Under the pieces are notes generated by a model. The model saw only the letters and a list, made by a program, of their open reading frames with translations, ran no database searches and was not told where the DNA came from. A program made the translations under genes and the position numbers. From Carcharhinus amblyrhynchos (Eukaryota): DNA of 64,000 bases. Shown here piece after piece: positions 27,733 through 38,280 of this stretch. The DNA is taken from positions 52,948,001 to 53,012,000 of the forward strand of contig OZ336880.1 in assembly GCA_965287045.1 (NCBI GenBank), given 5' to 3'. The stretch's first letter is position 1. Each line of letters begins with the position of its first letter.

Positions 27733-28624
27733 CATACAATTTCACAAAGTTACTTATTGATTATACCCACTTGCAAAATACACAAATGAAGTTGAAGTGG
27801 TGACTGTGCCATTACGTTTTAAAATAGTTAGTATTATGTAGGGGGAGCTCTGGTTAATATATCACAAGGACCACAAGGGTACCAGTTAAAACATCTGGCT
27901 GTTACATTGAGGTTTACTTAAATGAAAAATGAGATTTAGTCCAAATCTATTGGCATTCGCCTTCAATTCCTGGTAGCTGAAATTTCCCAATTTAACAATC
28001 TAATGAAAGCTTGGTCATCAATCTGATGACTTGTTGAAAGAAACAAGTGACTGGATTAAAATTAAAGGACTTCATTGACAATTTAGCAAATTATGTTTTG
28101 TTGCTGTGATTTTAGCTATAATGAGAAGACAATGTGAAAACTAATTCTGCATATGAATGAAATGTTGTTAGATTAGGGCAATAAACAGCTCTCACCATTA
28201 GATAGTCCTGCCATTGCTCATTTAATCTTGGCAATATGTTAGGGTACGAAGGAAACAGCACTGCATCCACTGAAGTTGACTCAGATAATGTCTGCGAAAC
28301 ACACGGCTTTATAAACACCACCAACTGTTATAGGGGGATGGGTACTGCCTTGAAATTATCCGAATAACTACAGGGAAGAGTTTCGCCCTTAGCCTGCGTG
28401 CTCAGTGGGCAGAACCAGAAGCAGCCGTAAATCCAGCTCCTGCCTTATTCCAATTGAAATTCATAAGATTATTGTGAACCATGGATGGCTGAATTGGGCA
28501 AGCAGGACTGGTGGGGTTGGGAATGCAGTGGATGCCGTGTCCAATGGCAGCCATCCACAAACTTCAAAAGTGGTCTCCAAGGCCACAAAAGAATGCATGT
28601 CAGAACAATGGAAGCAGAAGGAAG

Positions 28625-29456
28625 TGTAACGTTAGTGTACCTTTAAGGAAGGATTATTTTACAATCAGGATTTCTTAGCTCACAGCTTCAGCTGAAGTAA
28701 TTAATATTGCTGGGCGAGATATCAGGTGTTTTTTTATTGCTCCCTTAAGTAGTTTGGATGGGAGTTGTTTGTTTTTACTTTGGGATTTTTTATAACTCTG
28801 CATTGTTAGGAGGAAAAAAATAATTGATTGGCAGATGAGGTGACAGGTTTTTCATCTTCAGTTCTGAGTTATAGTTTAGTTTTAGAAGGGGCTGCAGGCT
28901 AAAATGAAGTGTTTCCATTCTCCCCTGGTTGTTTTGGAAATTCTATTGGTCATCCAAAAGAAAAGTCTTACATTCCTGCAGTGATGATTCTGCAGTTGGT
29001 AGCTTGACCAGAGAGTCTCCTCCTGGGCTTCTGAGAAGCTGTTTTAACTTCAACTTGTTCTAAGTGAATCCGGGGACTGCAGACTTCAACCAAAGGACTC
29101 AATTTACAGTATCACGTGAACAATAGACTTTGCTGTGTTGAACTTGTTCAAAGGGTCTTGTCAATGGAAGGTTTTGGGTTAGAACATCTTAGATATATTC
29201 ATTAACAAGCACACATTATAGTGGTTGTTTTGTTTCTTGTTTATAATTGATAAAAGGATTTGTTAATTTTCTTACTATATATGTTAACTATATTCTTAAA
29301 TAAACTTTGCTTGATAAAAGCTCCTTAGTGGGCATTTGAATCATACCTGAAGTAAAACGCAGCATACTTATCCGAGCCAAATTCATGATGCAAGACTTAT
29401 GATCAATAAGGCAGGATCCATAAAACACTTTAGTGTTTCTGACCCGAACCATAACA
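28625..29456 (+). mobile_element. Solo LTR (832 bp) with 4-bp TSD
   Basis: Termini TGTAAC...ATAACA; GAAG at 28621-28624 and 29457-29460; AATAAA at 29299-29304. Confidence 0.85.
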
Positions 29457-30993
29457 GAAGCCACAGCAGATGGGAATGGAGCTTGGGTAACCAGCAAGCA
29501 TCCCGTTTCCTGGATAACTGCCTCTGAGCCCTGCTGAAGGTAATAACACAAAGGAGGGACAATCTGATGCAGAAGGATGTGAGAGGGAGCCCACCCCACC
29601 TCACCAAGCAGGCACAGACCATGTTGACAGTAGAGGTCAATGGCTATGATCTTTTCCGGAGAACCTAGATCAAGAGGAGATTCAATGACCATCTACACTC
29701 AGCATGGGTGATTACTGAGTAGAGACTGTGTTGATTGGGATACCTGAAGAGGGTGGCCATCTATGGTTACAATCAACTGTCCAGGTCTCATATTGTCTCA
29801 GATCACACGTGTGCCCATGTTCTAAGGCTGGAGAGATGAATCAGCAATCTCTGCTCTATCAAAGGTTTAGGTATCCAAGAGGGTGGTAACACTTTCAAAC
29901 CTCTCTGGGGTGTTTTAGTTCGGGGCAATATGGTATGGCATTCGAGACGAAGGTCTCAGCACTCATTGGAGCTCTACACTGACCTAGGTCGAAACAGATT
30001 GGGACTGATCTGTCACTGGTGGTGTGGGGAGTGGGGGACGGTATGGATGAATCACTGCCTTTGTTTCCATTCCCCAGATGAGCCATCCGTCAGAGCCAGC
30101 CAACAGGCAGACAACCATTACTCACCCCCATCAGTCTGACACCTGAGACATTGGGGGATGCATGTGCTGCACACCAGTTCTCAGCACCCAGCACCAGCAT
30201 AGGTACATGCGTGTCAGTACTGTGTTGGGACAGTTGTTAGGGCACAGTAATGAGGATACATCACACTCACAGGGACAGATGGTGGAGGGAGGAAGTGTTC
30301 AGTGCACTAGCTATCAGAGGACTGATAGAGCCTTGCTGAGTCTGAGGAAGATGATGAGCCTCTGTCTATAAGGCAGTAAATGTTGGATGTCCAGCAGGGT
30401 ACATAGGGAGATCTCGCAGAGTTCACTGAGGATCTGAGTAACATACTCTCTGTCATGGGGGAGTCCTTGCAGAGCATGAGTGCTGTGTTGATCCTGAACT
30501 CTGAGACCAGAGCCTCGTTCACTGAGAGAGTGGTGTCACTCATTGAGAGGCAACTTCAGGAACAATCATGGGCTACTTGGGTTCCACTTCAATCTGCAAT
30601 TACTAATGCAGACACTGACCTTAGCGGGTTACTGCCTGTGTGGGAGAAGGAGTGTCACCAATGTTGTCTATTCTTCCTTTCTGAGCAAGGGGTGAGGGCT
30701 CTCTTCAGAATGGTGGACAAGGTAGCTGCCATCTGCCATCTCTTCTTACAGAGCCCTGGATGGGGGCACCAACTCTTCCGTCTCTGTGGCAATCTCTGCT
30801 TCATCCCAGCAGTACATGGCGACTTAGGGTTGCCCTGCAATGTCACCAAGGAACGCTTCCAGGTGATTCCTGCTCAGGCCCCACCAACCAGAGGACAAGC
30901 ACCAAGGCCATTTGTTCCAACAGGGCAACGAGAAGAGCAACTTGCCCTCAATGCCACAGTCAGTTAGGGCGAGGCACTTGATGTGGCATAAGC

Positions 30994-31385
30994 TTAAGAC
31001 ACCCTAGGTACAATCAGGGGTCTGCACTGGCTGCTAGAGATGTGGGGAACACTGCAATGGATGAATCTGTTCACATATCTGAACAGGGCATCAGTGATCA
31101 GCTTGACACAGCTGTGTGCAGCTAACTGTAAGACTCCATACAGACCACCCACAGTTTCCTGGAAGGATCCAGAGACATAAAGATTTAGCGCTGCAGTGAC
31201 TTTCAGAGCCATATACAGTGGGTGCCCTCCCACGTAACTGGAGGTTATCTGAGTCCCAATCATCTGGCAGATGGTCATTACGGCTTCCTTTGCGAGCCAG
31301 AGCCTCCTGTGGCATTGGACCTTGGTCATGTGAAGGTAGTTTGACTCCTGCCTGTACACCCTGGCAGCTGGGTAGTAGCGTTCTC
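30994..31385 (-). pseudogene. Harbinger transposase N-terminal fragment (no DDE core)
   Basis: YRQESNYLHMTKVQCHRRLWL..ALKVTAALNLYVSGSFQETVGGLYGVLQLAAHSCVKLITDALF, homologous to 13091-13468. Confidence 0.85.
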
Positions 31386-31389
31386 TCCA

Positions 31390-31750
31390 GGGGAGGTAGC
31401 AGTGTCATGGTATTGTAATTGGACCAATAATCCAGAGATCCAGAACAATGCTCTGCAGATAAGCATTTGGAATCCCACGAGGACAAATGGTGAAATTTGA
31501 ATTGAATCAAAATCTGAAATGAAAGGGCCTAATGATGATTGTGAAACCATTGTCAATTGGTTTGCTTGTTTCTTTAGGAAAGAGAACCTGCAATTCTTAC
31601 CTGGCCTTACCTACATGTGATTCTAGATCCAAAGAAATGTGGTTGACTTTGAAATGGTCTAGCAAGGCACCCAGTTCAAGGGCATTTAGGGATAGGCAAC
31701 AAATGCTGACCCAGCCAGTAATGCCCAGATCCCTTAGTGAATTTTTTAAA
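31390..31750 (+). mobile_element. tRNA-derived SINE (CR1/L2-tailed family)
   Basis: Same family as 49590-49975; tail caagggcatttagggataggcaacaaatgctgacc. Confidence 0.8.
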
Positions 31751-32139
31751 ACTTTGAGTTTGAGAGTCACAAATCATAGTCTCCTCATACATGATTAAAC
31801 AACCGTTCCAGCTGAATTGACATGTATTCTACATGTGAAAAAAAGCTCATTATGGCTATGAGCAGGTGGCGACTAGTGGTGATGTGGCCTTCATGATGGA
31901 GGTGTGGGAACATGAAGAAAGGGCTGTTCAGCCACGGCACTGGTGGATGAAGGAAGGCGAGTGTTATACTTCTTACTTTGGCCAGCAGTTGGCAGCAAGA
32001 TGTCAAATGAATATTCTAATGAGAAGAAGCTCGTAAAACTGATATGATGTGACATAGCAACAAGTTTCACCACGATAACACTTTGTCCTTTTTTACCACA
32101 GGCATTAAACTGCCTGGAGATTCAAATAATCATTGGGCG

Positions 32140-32670
32140 GTGGGTGCAGTGCATGGTCAGGGTGGCATCAGAGGGTAGCAAGATGCTAGCGGAGAGGAGT
32201 GAGGGGAGTTACAGAGAGCAGTGAGAAGACTGAAGTGGGCAGAGAGAGGGATGTAGAAGGGGCAGTTAGTAGGGCAGCAGCAGAAGGAATGAAAAGGGCT
32301 CAGTGAGAAGGAGCGTGTAAAGGGCAGTCAGGGGAGAGTGTGGAGGGAGTAATGATGGGGTGGATAGTGAGAGGGTTAGGCAGTGAGAGAGATAGGCAGT
32401 AAGGGAGGAGGAGGATGTAGGGACAGTGAGGGGAATGGACAGTAAGACAGATGTAGGGTTTAGTGAAGTAGGTTAAAGGGCAGCAAGTTCAGTGTAGTGA
32501 GCAGTGAACCAGAATGGGCAGGGTAGTGAGGACTGTGAGAGACGTGCAGCAAGAAGTGATGTAGATATATGGAGAGTGAGGTAAATCTGGGGGCAATGAG
32601 GGGTGATACAGAGTCAGGTGGCATGGGCAATGAGGGTACTGGGCAGTGAGAGGATTGGGCAGTAAATTGG
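32140..32670 (+). repeat. Purine-rich (G/A) low-complexity tract
   Basis: Repeated degenerate gggcagtgagagg-like words with a strong G+A strand skew. Confidence 0.7.
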
Positions 32671-32854
32671 TGTCAGGAACTTGGTTGCATCTGTTGACAG
32701 TATCTGACTCACTGAGGAATCAATGGCCCTGTCAAATGTGACAGATACTTCACATTGCTGGGGCCAAGCTGTAGACAACACATTCTGAAGTCCAGTGAAA
32801 TATGGATTTTGGGATATCATGGAAGCAGTGCTCACAGATTTGAGCTATGAATAA

Positions 32855-33381
32855 ATCTGGTGGATGCAGAGCTCTGGCTGAAGTTGTAACCTGGTGAATA
32901 CAGTGATCTGTGTGAGATTTTAACCTGGTGGATGGAGAGCTCTAGGTGAGATTGTAACCTAGTGGATGCAGCAAATTGTGTGAGATTGTAACCTGGTAAA
33001 TACAGCACTCTAGGTGAGATTGTAACCTCGTGGATGTCGCAATCTGGGTAAGATTGCAACCTGGGTGGAAGGAGAGCTCTGAGTGAGATTGTAACTGAGT
33101 GGATGCAGCAAATTGTGTGAGATTGTAACCTGGTGGATGTAGCACTCTGGGTGAGATTGTAGCCTGGATGGATGGAGAGTTCTGGGTTAGATCATAACCT
33201 GGTGAATAAAGCAATCTGGGTGAGATTGTAACCTGGGTGGATGGAGAGTTCCAGGTGAGATCGTAATCTGGTGAATGCAGCAACCTAGGTGAGATTGTAA
33301 CCTGGTTGGATGCAGAGCTGTGGGTGGGATTGTAACCTAGTGGATGCAGTGTTCTGTGTGAGATTATAGCCTGGTGGATGC
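32855..33381 (+). repeat. Minisatellite, about 15.5 copies of a 34-35 bp unit
   Basis: Consensus acctggtggatg-(gagagc/cagcaa)tct-gggtgagattgta; unit starts at about 32855, 32889, 32923, 32957, 32991 ... 33369. Confidence 0.95.
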
Positions 33382-33604
33382 TGGCCATCGCCAGTAGGCA
33401 GTTGAATTTATAGTATTTGAAAATTCTTGTCCTTTCCATGGCCAGTGATTGAGTCCAAGTGGAGGTGAAGTTCCTCTTCTAACTTTTGACACACATTACC
33501 GCTTGCCTCCGTATCAAAACGTAAGGTCTTCATACATAGCCCTTCGAATGTCACCTGGAATCCTATCCTCTCAATACAATCTCTCTGCATTGGTAATCAT
33601 TACA

Positions 33605-34545
33605 CTCATAGAAACATATAAACTGGAAATAGGGGTTAGCCATTTGGCCCTTCGAGCCTGCTCCGCCATTTATTTTGATCATGGCTGAACATCAAGTTCA
33701 TTATCCTGATCCCCCCTTCCCCCTATATCCCTTGATCCCTTTAATCCCAAGAGCTATATCTAATTTCTTTTTAAAATCAGACAACATTTCTGTGGTAGTG
33801 AATTCTACATATTCACTACCCTCTGGGTGAAGAAATTTCTCCTTACCTCAGTTCTAAAAAGTTTATCCCTCATTCTCAAACTGTGAGTTCTGGATCCCCA
33901 TCACCATCGGAAATATTCTTCATGAATCTACCCTGTCTAACCCTGTTAGAATTTTATAAGTTTTTATGAGATCCCCTCTCACTCTTCTAAGCTCCAGTGA
34001 ATATAATCCTAACTCACAGTCTTTTCCTCATATGACAGATCTGCCATCTTACGAATCATTTTGCTAAGCCTTTGCTGTATTCCCTCTAAAGCAAGGACAT
34101 TCCTCCTCAGATAAGGACACCAAAACTGAACACAATAGTCCAGGTGTGACATCACCAGCACTCTATGTAGATGCAGTAAAAATATCCCTATTCAAATATT
34201 CAAATCCTCATGCTATGAAGGCCAGCATACCATTTGCCTTTTTTTCTGCCTACTGTACCTGCCTGCTTAACTTTCAGTGACTGATGCATGAAGACACCAA
34301 GGCCTCACTGAGATTCCACTTCGCTCAATTTACATCTATTCAAATAATAATGTCTTTCTATTATTGGTACCAAAATGAATAACTTCACATTTAGCCACAT
34401 AATCCGGCATCTGCCATGCAGATGCCCACACACTCAGCCTGTCCAAATCACACTGAAGCATCTCTGCATCGTCCTTACTACTTACCCTCCCATCCAACTC
34501 TGTATCATCTGCAAATTTGGAGATAATACATTTAGCACTCAGTGA
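33605..34545 (-). mobile_element. Older 5'-truncated CR1 LINE
   Basis: catagaaacata tail; ORF 34336-34620 contains ISKFADDTELDGRV..LQCDLDRL..KCEVIHFG. Confidence 0.88.
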
Positions 34546-36346
34546 GCCTCCAGCACTGTACTTAACTTTTTTTGCTGGTCCTTGAGTAATTTTAGAAGAA
34601 ATATATATACATACACACAAAATGGTGCCTATTGGTTAATGTAATGTAATTCTCTTCACTATTTTTTGTTTTGCTAGCCTTTTTAAACAATGGATGCCAC
34701 ATACATGCAAAAAACATTAGTATAGTCTCATTAATAATTTCTCTGGTAAGAAATCAATGGATCTTTGATAACAAAATAAAACTCTCAGCTGACTTAACTG
34801 GTATTGGCATTGTGTCTTTGAGTTAGGCACCTTGTCTCACTTTATACCAGCTCTTCCTTTCTGGAGTGAGTTTTGTTCATAGCTACTGCGCAAGAACAGC
34901 AACCTCACAGCGTTCAATGATTTTCAATAGATTCAGACAGTCGGATGTCATTTTCACAGAGCTACAGAGCAGCCCAACTTGGATAGCAACTTTCTTACTA
35001 TCTTGTTTAGCTCCGCATCTGTCCTCTCCTGAACTTGCTGTATCATTTGTGTATAAATAATATTGTGCGCCATTCACCTTGGTGTTATTTTGACAGCAAA
35101 TTATGGACTGTCATTAATACGTTATTACCTAATGTGGCTTTAATTCACAACTATGTTCAAACTCATTGATGGACAGCAATGATTACAACTAACTATAAAC
35201 ACAAACTTATAGATTTATCTGGGAAGGCTCTACTCTCACAGCTATCTGTAGATTCTACAAACAAGTGTAACACATTCCAATCACTAAGCCTTTAGATAAT
35301 GTGATATGCTTAAAAGACTAAATAGTGAATATAATTAAATTTAAACATAAATTTCTTTCATAACTCAGGCTCACCACATATAATAAATGTTCTTCCAGTT
35401 TGAATCTAATATGGGAAGATTCTCAATAATGCACTTTAATTCCTCTAACATCTGAAATGTTCTCAGTCATGAAATGCAATCAGTGTTTTTCTTCTCAAGG
35501 GCCCAGATTTTTTTTGGTAGGGGTGATGGCAAAGTTATCAGTACTGACTGTTACTAAGCAATGTCTGGCAATTGCACAATGTGGAAATCAGGAAGTTGCT
35601 TCCAAAGTTGCCCTGTTCCTCGAGAGGCCGTGCTTTACCAGAATCTCACCCAAATCATTGGAACACATGGATAAAGTGTAAAATTGTGATACTTACCCAC
35701 TGGGTATCTATTGAAAGTTTCAGATAAAGTTACAGTTTATCCATTCTGGTGCAAGTGTCTCAAATGTTTGATGTAGTGTAATTCTGCTACCTTCTGAAGA
35801 CAAGAAGGACAGCTGGGATTAAGGAAAATACTTAAAATAAACTGTGGAGGGTCCTTTAAAGCATGTCACACAGGATCAATATGTCTCTGTTCAGATTTTC
35901 ATTATCCAATATTTGCAACAAAGCAAGGTTTTGTTAAAGAATATTTGTCAAACATTCAATTAAACAAAAAACTTTAAAAATCACATTTTACTCTTTTAAA
36001 GTAAAAAGTCATTGAGGTCAGCACTGTAAGTGTTGCTTTAACAGTTATAAACTTCTTTTCTAGTAACCTTGAGAAGGTATCACTACAAACTGTCTCAACT
36101 TAATGGAAATTGTGGCTATCCCATAAATCTAACTACCCGGGTAAGCAGTATAATAAAAGGCTGTCACTCAGATGATAACTTGTAGCTCAATGAAAACAGG
36201 TGTTGGACTGGTATGGTCAGCAAACAGGAAAAGTTCCAACCTGATTGACTAGCCCTACTGTTTAAAATTCCATGATGCAATGATGTTGAGTCACTGAAAC
36301 AAATGTGAACAGTTTTTAATTATATCTTCTATGCCTCAAGTTCTTA

Positions 36347-38280
36347 TAGAACATAGAACATTACAGCGCAGAACAGGCCCTTTGGCCCACGATGTTGCGC
36401 CGACCAGTTAAAAAGCAATGACCCTCTAACCTAAACCAATCCCTTTCCATCCATAAACCTATCCACGGATCTCTTAAACGCCCCCAAACTAGGTGCATTT
36501 ACAACTGCAGCAGGCAGGGCATTCCAATCCCTCACCACCCTCTGGGTAAAGAACCTACCCCTGACATCCGTCCTATAACTACCACCCCTTAATTTAAAGC
36601 TATGCCCCCTCGTGCTAGCTTTCTCCATCTGAGGAAAAAGGCTATCACTGTCCACCCTATCTAAACCTCTAATCATCTTATATGTTTCAAAAAGGTCCCC
36701 TCGCAGCAGCCTTCTTTCTAACGAAAACAACCTCAAATCCCTCAGTCTCTCCTCATAGGACCTCCCCTCCATACCAGGCAACATCCTGGTAAACCACCTC
36801 TGCACCCTCTCCAAAGCCTCCACGTCCTTCCTATAATACTCCAAGTGCAGCTGCACCAGAGTTTTGTACAGTTGCAACATGACACTGCGGCTCCTAAATT
36901 CAATCCCCCTACCAATAAACGCCAAGACACCGTATGCCTTCCTAACAACCCTATCTACTTGGTTCCCAACTTTCAGGGATCTATGTACACATTCACCTAG
37001 ATCCCTCTGTTCATCCACACTATTCAGAGTCCTACCGTTAGCCCTATACTCTACACATCTGTTATTCCTGCCAAAGTGAATTACCTCACACTTTTCCGCA
37101 TTAAACCCCATCCGCCACCTCTCGGCCCAGCTCTGCAACTTGTCCAAGCCTCCCTGTAAACTATGACACCCTTCCTCACTATCTACCACACCTCTGACTT
37201 TGGTGTCATCAGCAAATTTACTAATCCACCCAACTATACCCTCATCCAGATCATTTATAAAAATTACAAACAGCAGTGGCCCCAAAACAGATCCCTGAGG
37301 CACACCACTTGTAACTGAACTCCATGACGAATACTTACCATCAACCACCACCCTCTGTCTCCTATCTGCTAGCCAATTCCTGATCCAATTACCTAAATCA
37401 CCCTCAATCCCATACATCTGCATTTTCTGCAGAAGCCTTCCATGGTGAACCTTATCAAACGCCTTACTAAAGTCCATATATACCACGTCAACTGCCTTAC
37501 CCCCATCCACCTCTTTGGTCACTTTCTCAAAGAACTCAATAAGGTTAGTAAGGCACGACCTACCCTCCACAAAACCATGCTGACTATCTCCAATCAATTC
37601 ATTACTCTCCAAATAACTATAAATCCTATCCCTAATAATTTTTTCTAAAACCTTGCCCACAACAGAAGTAAGACTCACTGGTCTATAATTCCCGGGGAAG
37701 TCTCTGTTCCCCTTCTTAAACAATGGGACAACATTCGCTATCCTCCAATCTTCTGGCACTATACCTATGACCAACGACGACCTGAAGATCAGAGCCAGAG
37801 GCTCTGCAATCGCCTCTCTTGCCTCCCAGAGAATCCTAGGGTAAATCCCGTCCGGCCCAGGGGACTTATCTATTTTCAAACCCTCAAGAATATCTAGCAC
37901 ATCCTCCTTATCAACTGCAATACTGTCCAGTTTACAACCCTGCAACCCAGTGTTCTCCACAGCTACATTTACGTCCCCTTGCGTGAACACCGAAGAGAAA
38001 TATTGGTTCAATGCCTCTCCAATCTCTTCCGGTTCCACACATAACTTCCCACTGCTGTCTCTAACTGGCCCTAATCTTGCCCTAACCAACCTTCTGTTCT
38101 TAACATATCTATAGAACGCCTTAGGATTCTCCTTAATCCTATCAGCCAAAGTCTTCTCATGTCCTCTTTTAGCCCTTCTTAACTCACTCTTTAACTCCCT
38201 CCTAGCCAATCTAAAGCTTTCTAGTGCACTACCTGAGCCCTCAAGTCTCATCCGGACATAAGCCTCCTTTTTCTTTTTAT
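36347..38280 (-). mobile_element. Young 5'-truncated CR1 LINE
   Basis: tagaacatagaaca tail and short 3' UTR, followed by an uninterrupted ORF2 frame. Confidence 0.97.
36431..38280 (-). CDS. CR1 ORF2 fragment: reverse transcriptase domain plus C-terminus, lacking the endonuclease
   Basis: KSPGPDGI, NYRPVSLTS, QHGF, DFSKAFDKV, GVPQGSVLGPLLF, KFADDTK. The track's start at 38311 is a TTG in flanking DNA, so expression is unproven. Confidence 0.7.

Larger units (their letters stand above)
28372..31400. mobile_element. Second decayed Harbinger transposon: Myb/SANT gene (+) convergent with an internally deleted transposase (-)
   Basis: Myb/SANT-like exon ASRFLDNCL*ALLKVITQRRDNL..PPHLTKQA..RRT*IKRRFND (29461-29707), further Myb-gene remnants at 30060-30990, and transposase N-terminus at 30994-31359. 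Confidence 0.75.

Noticed and set aside
32855-33381. CRISPR-like appearance (constant repeat plus variable spacer)
   Set aside because: The variable parts are only ~11 bp and related to one another, there are no cas genes, and the DNA is vertebrate. This is a minisatellite.
32942-33439. 165-aa repetitive ORF
   Set aside because: It is read-through of the minisatellite; the 34-bp unit is not a multiple of 3.
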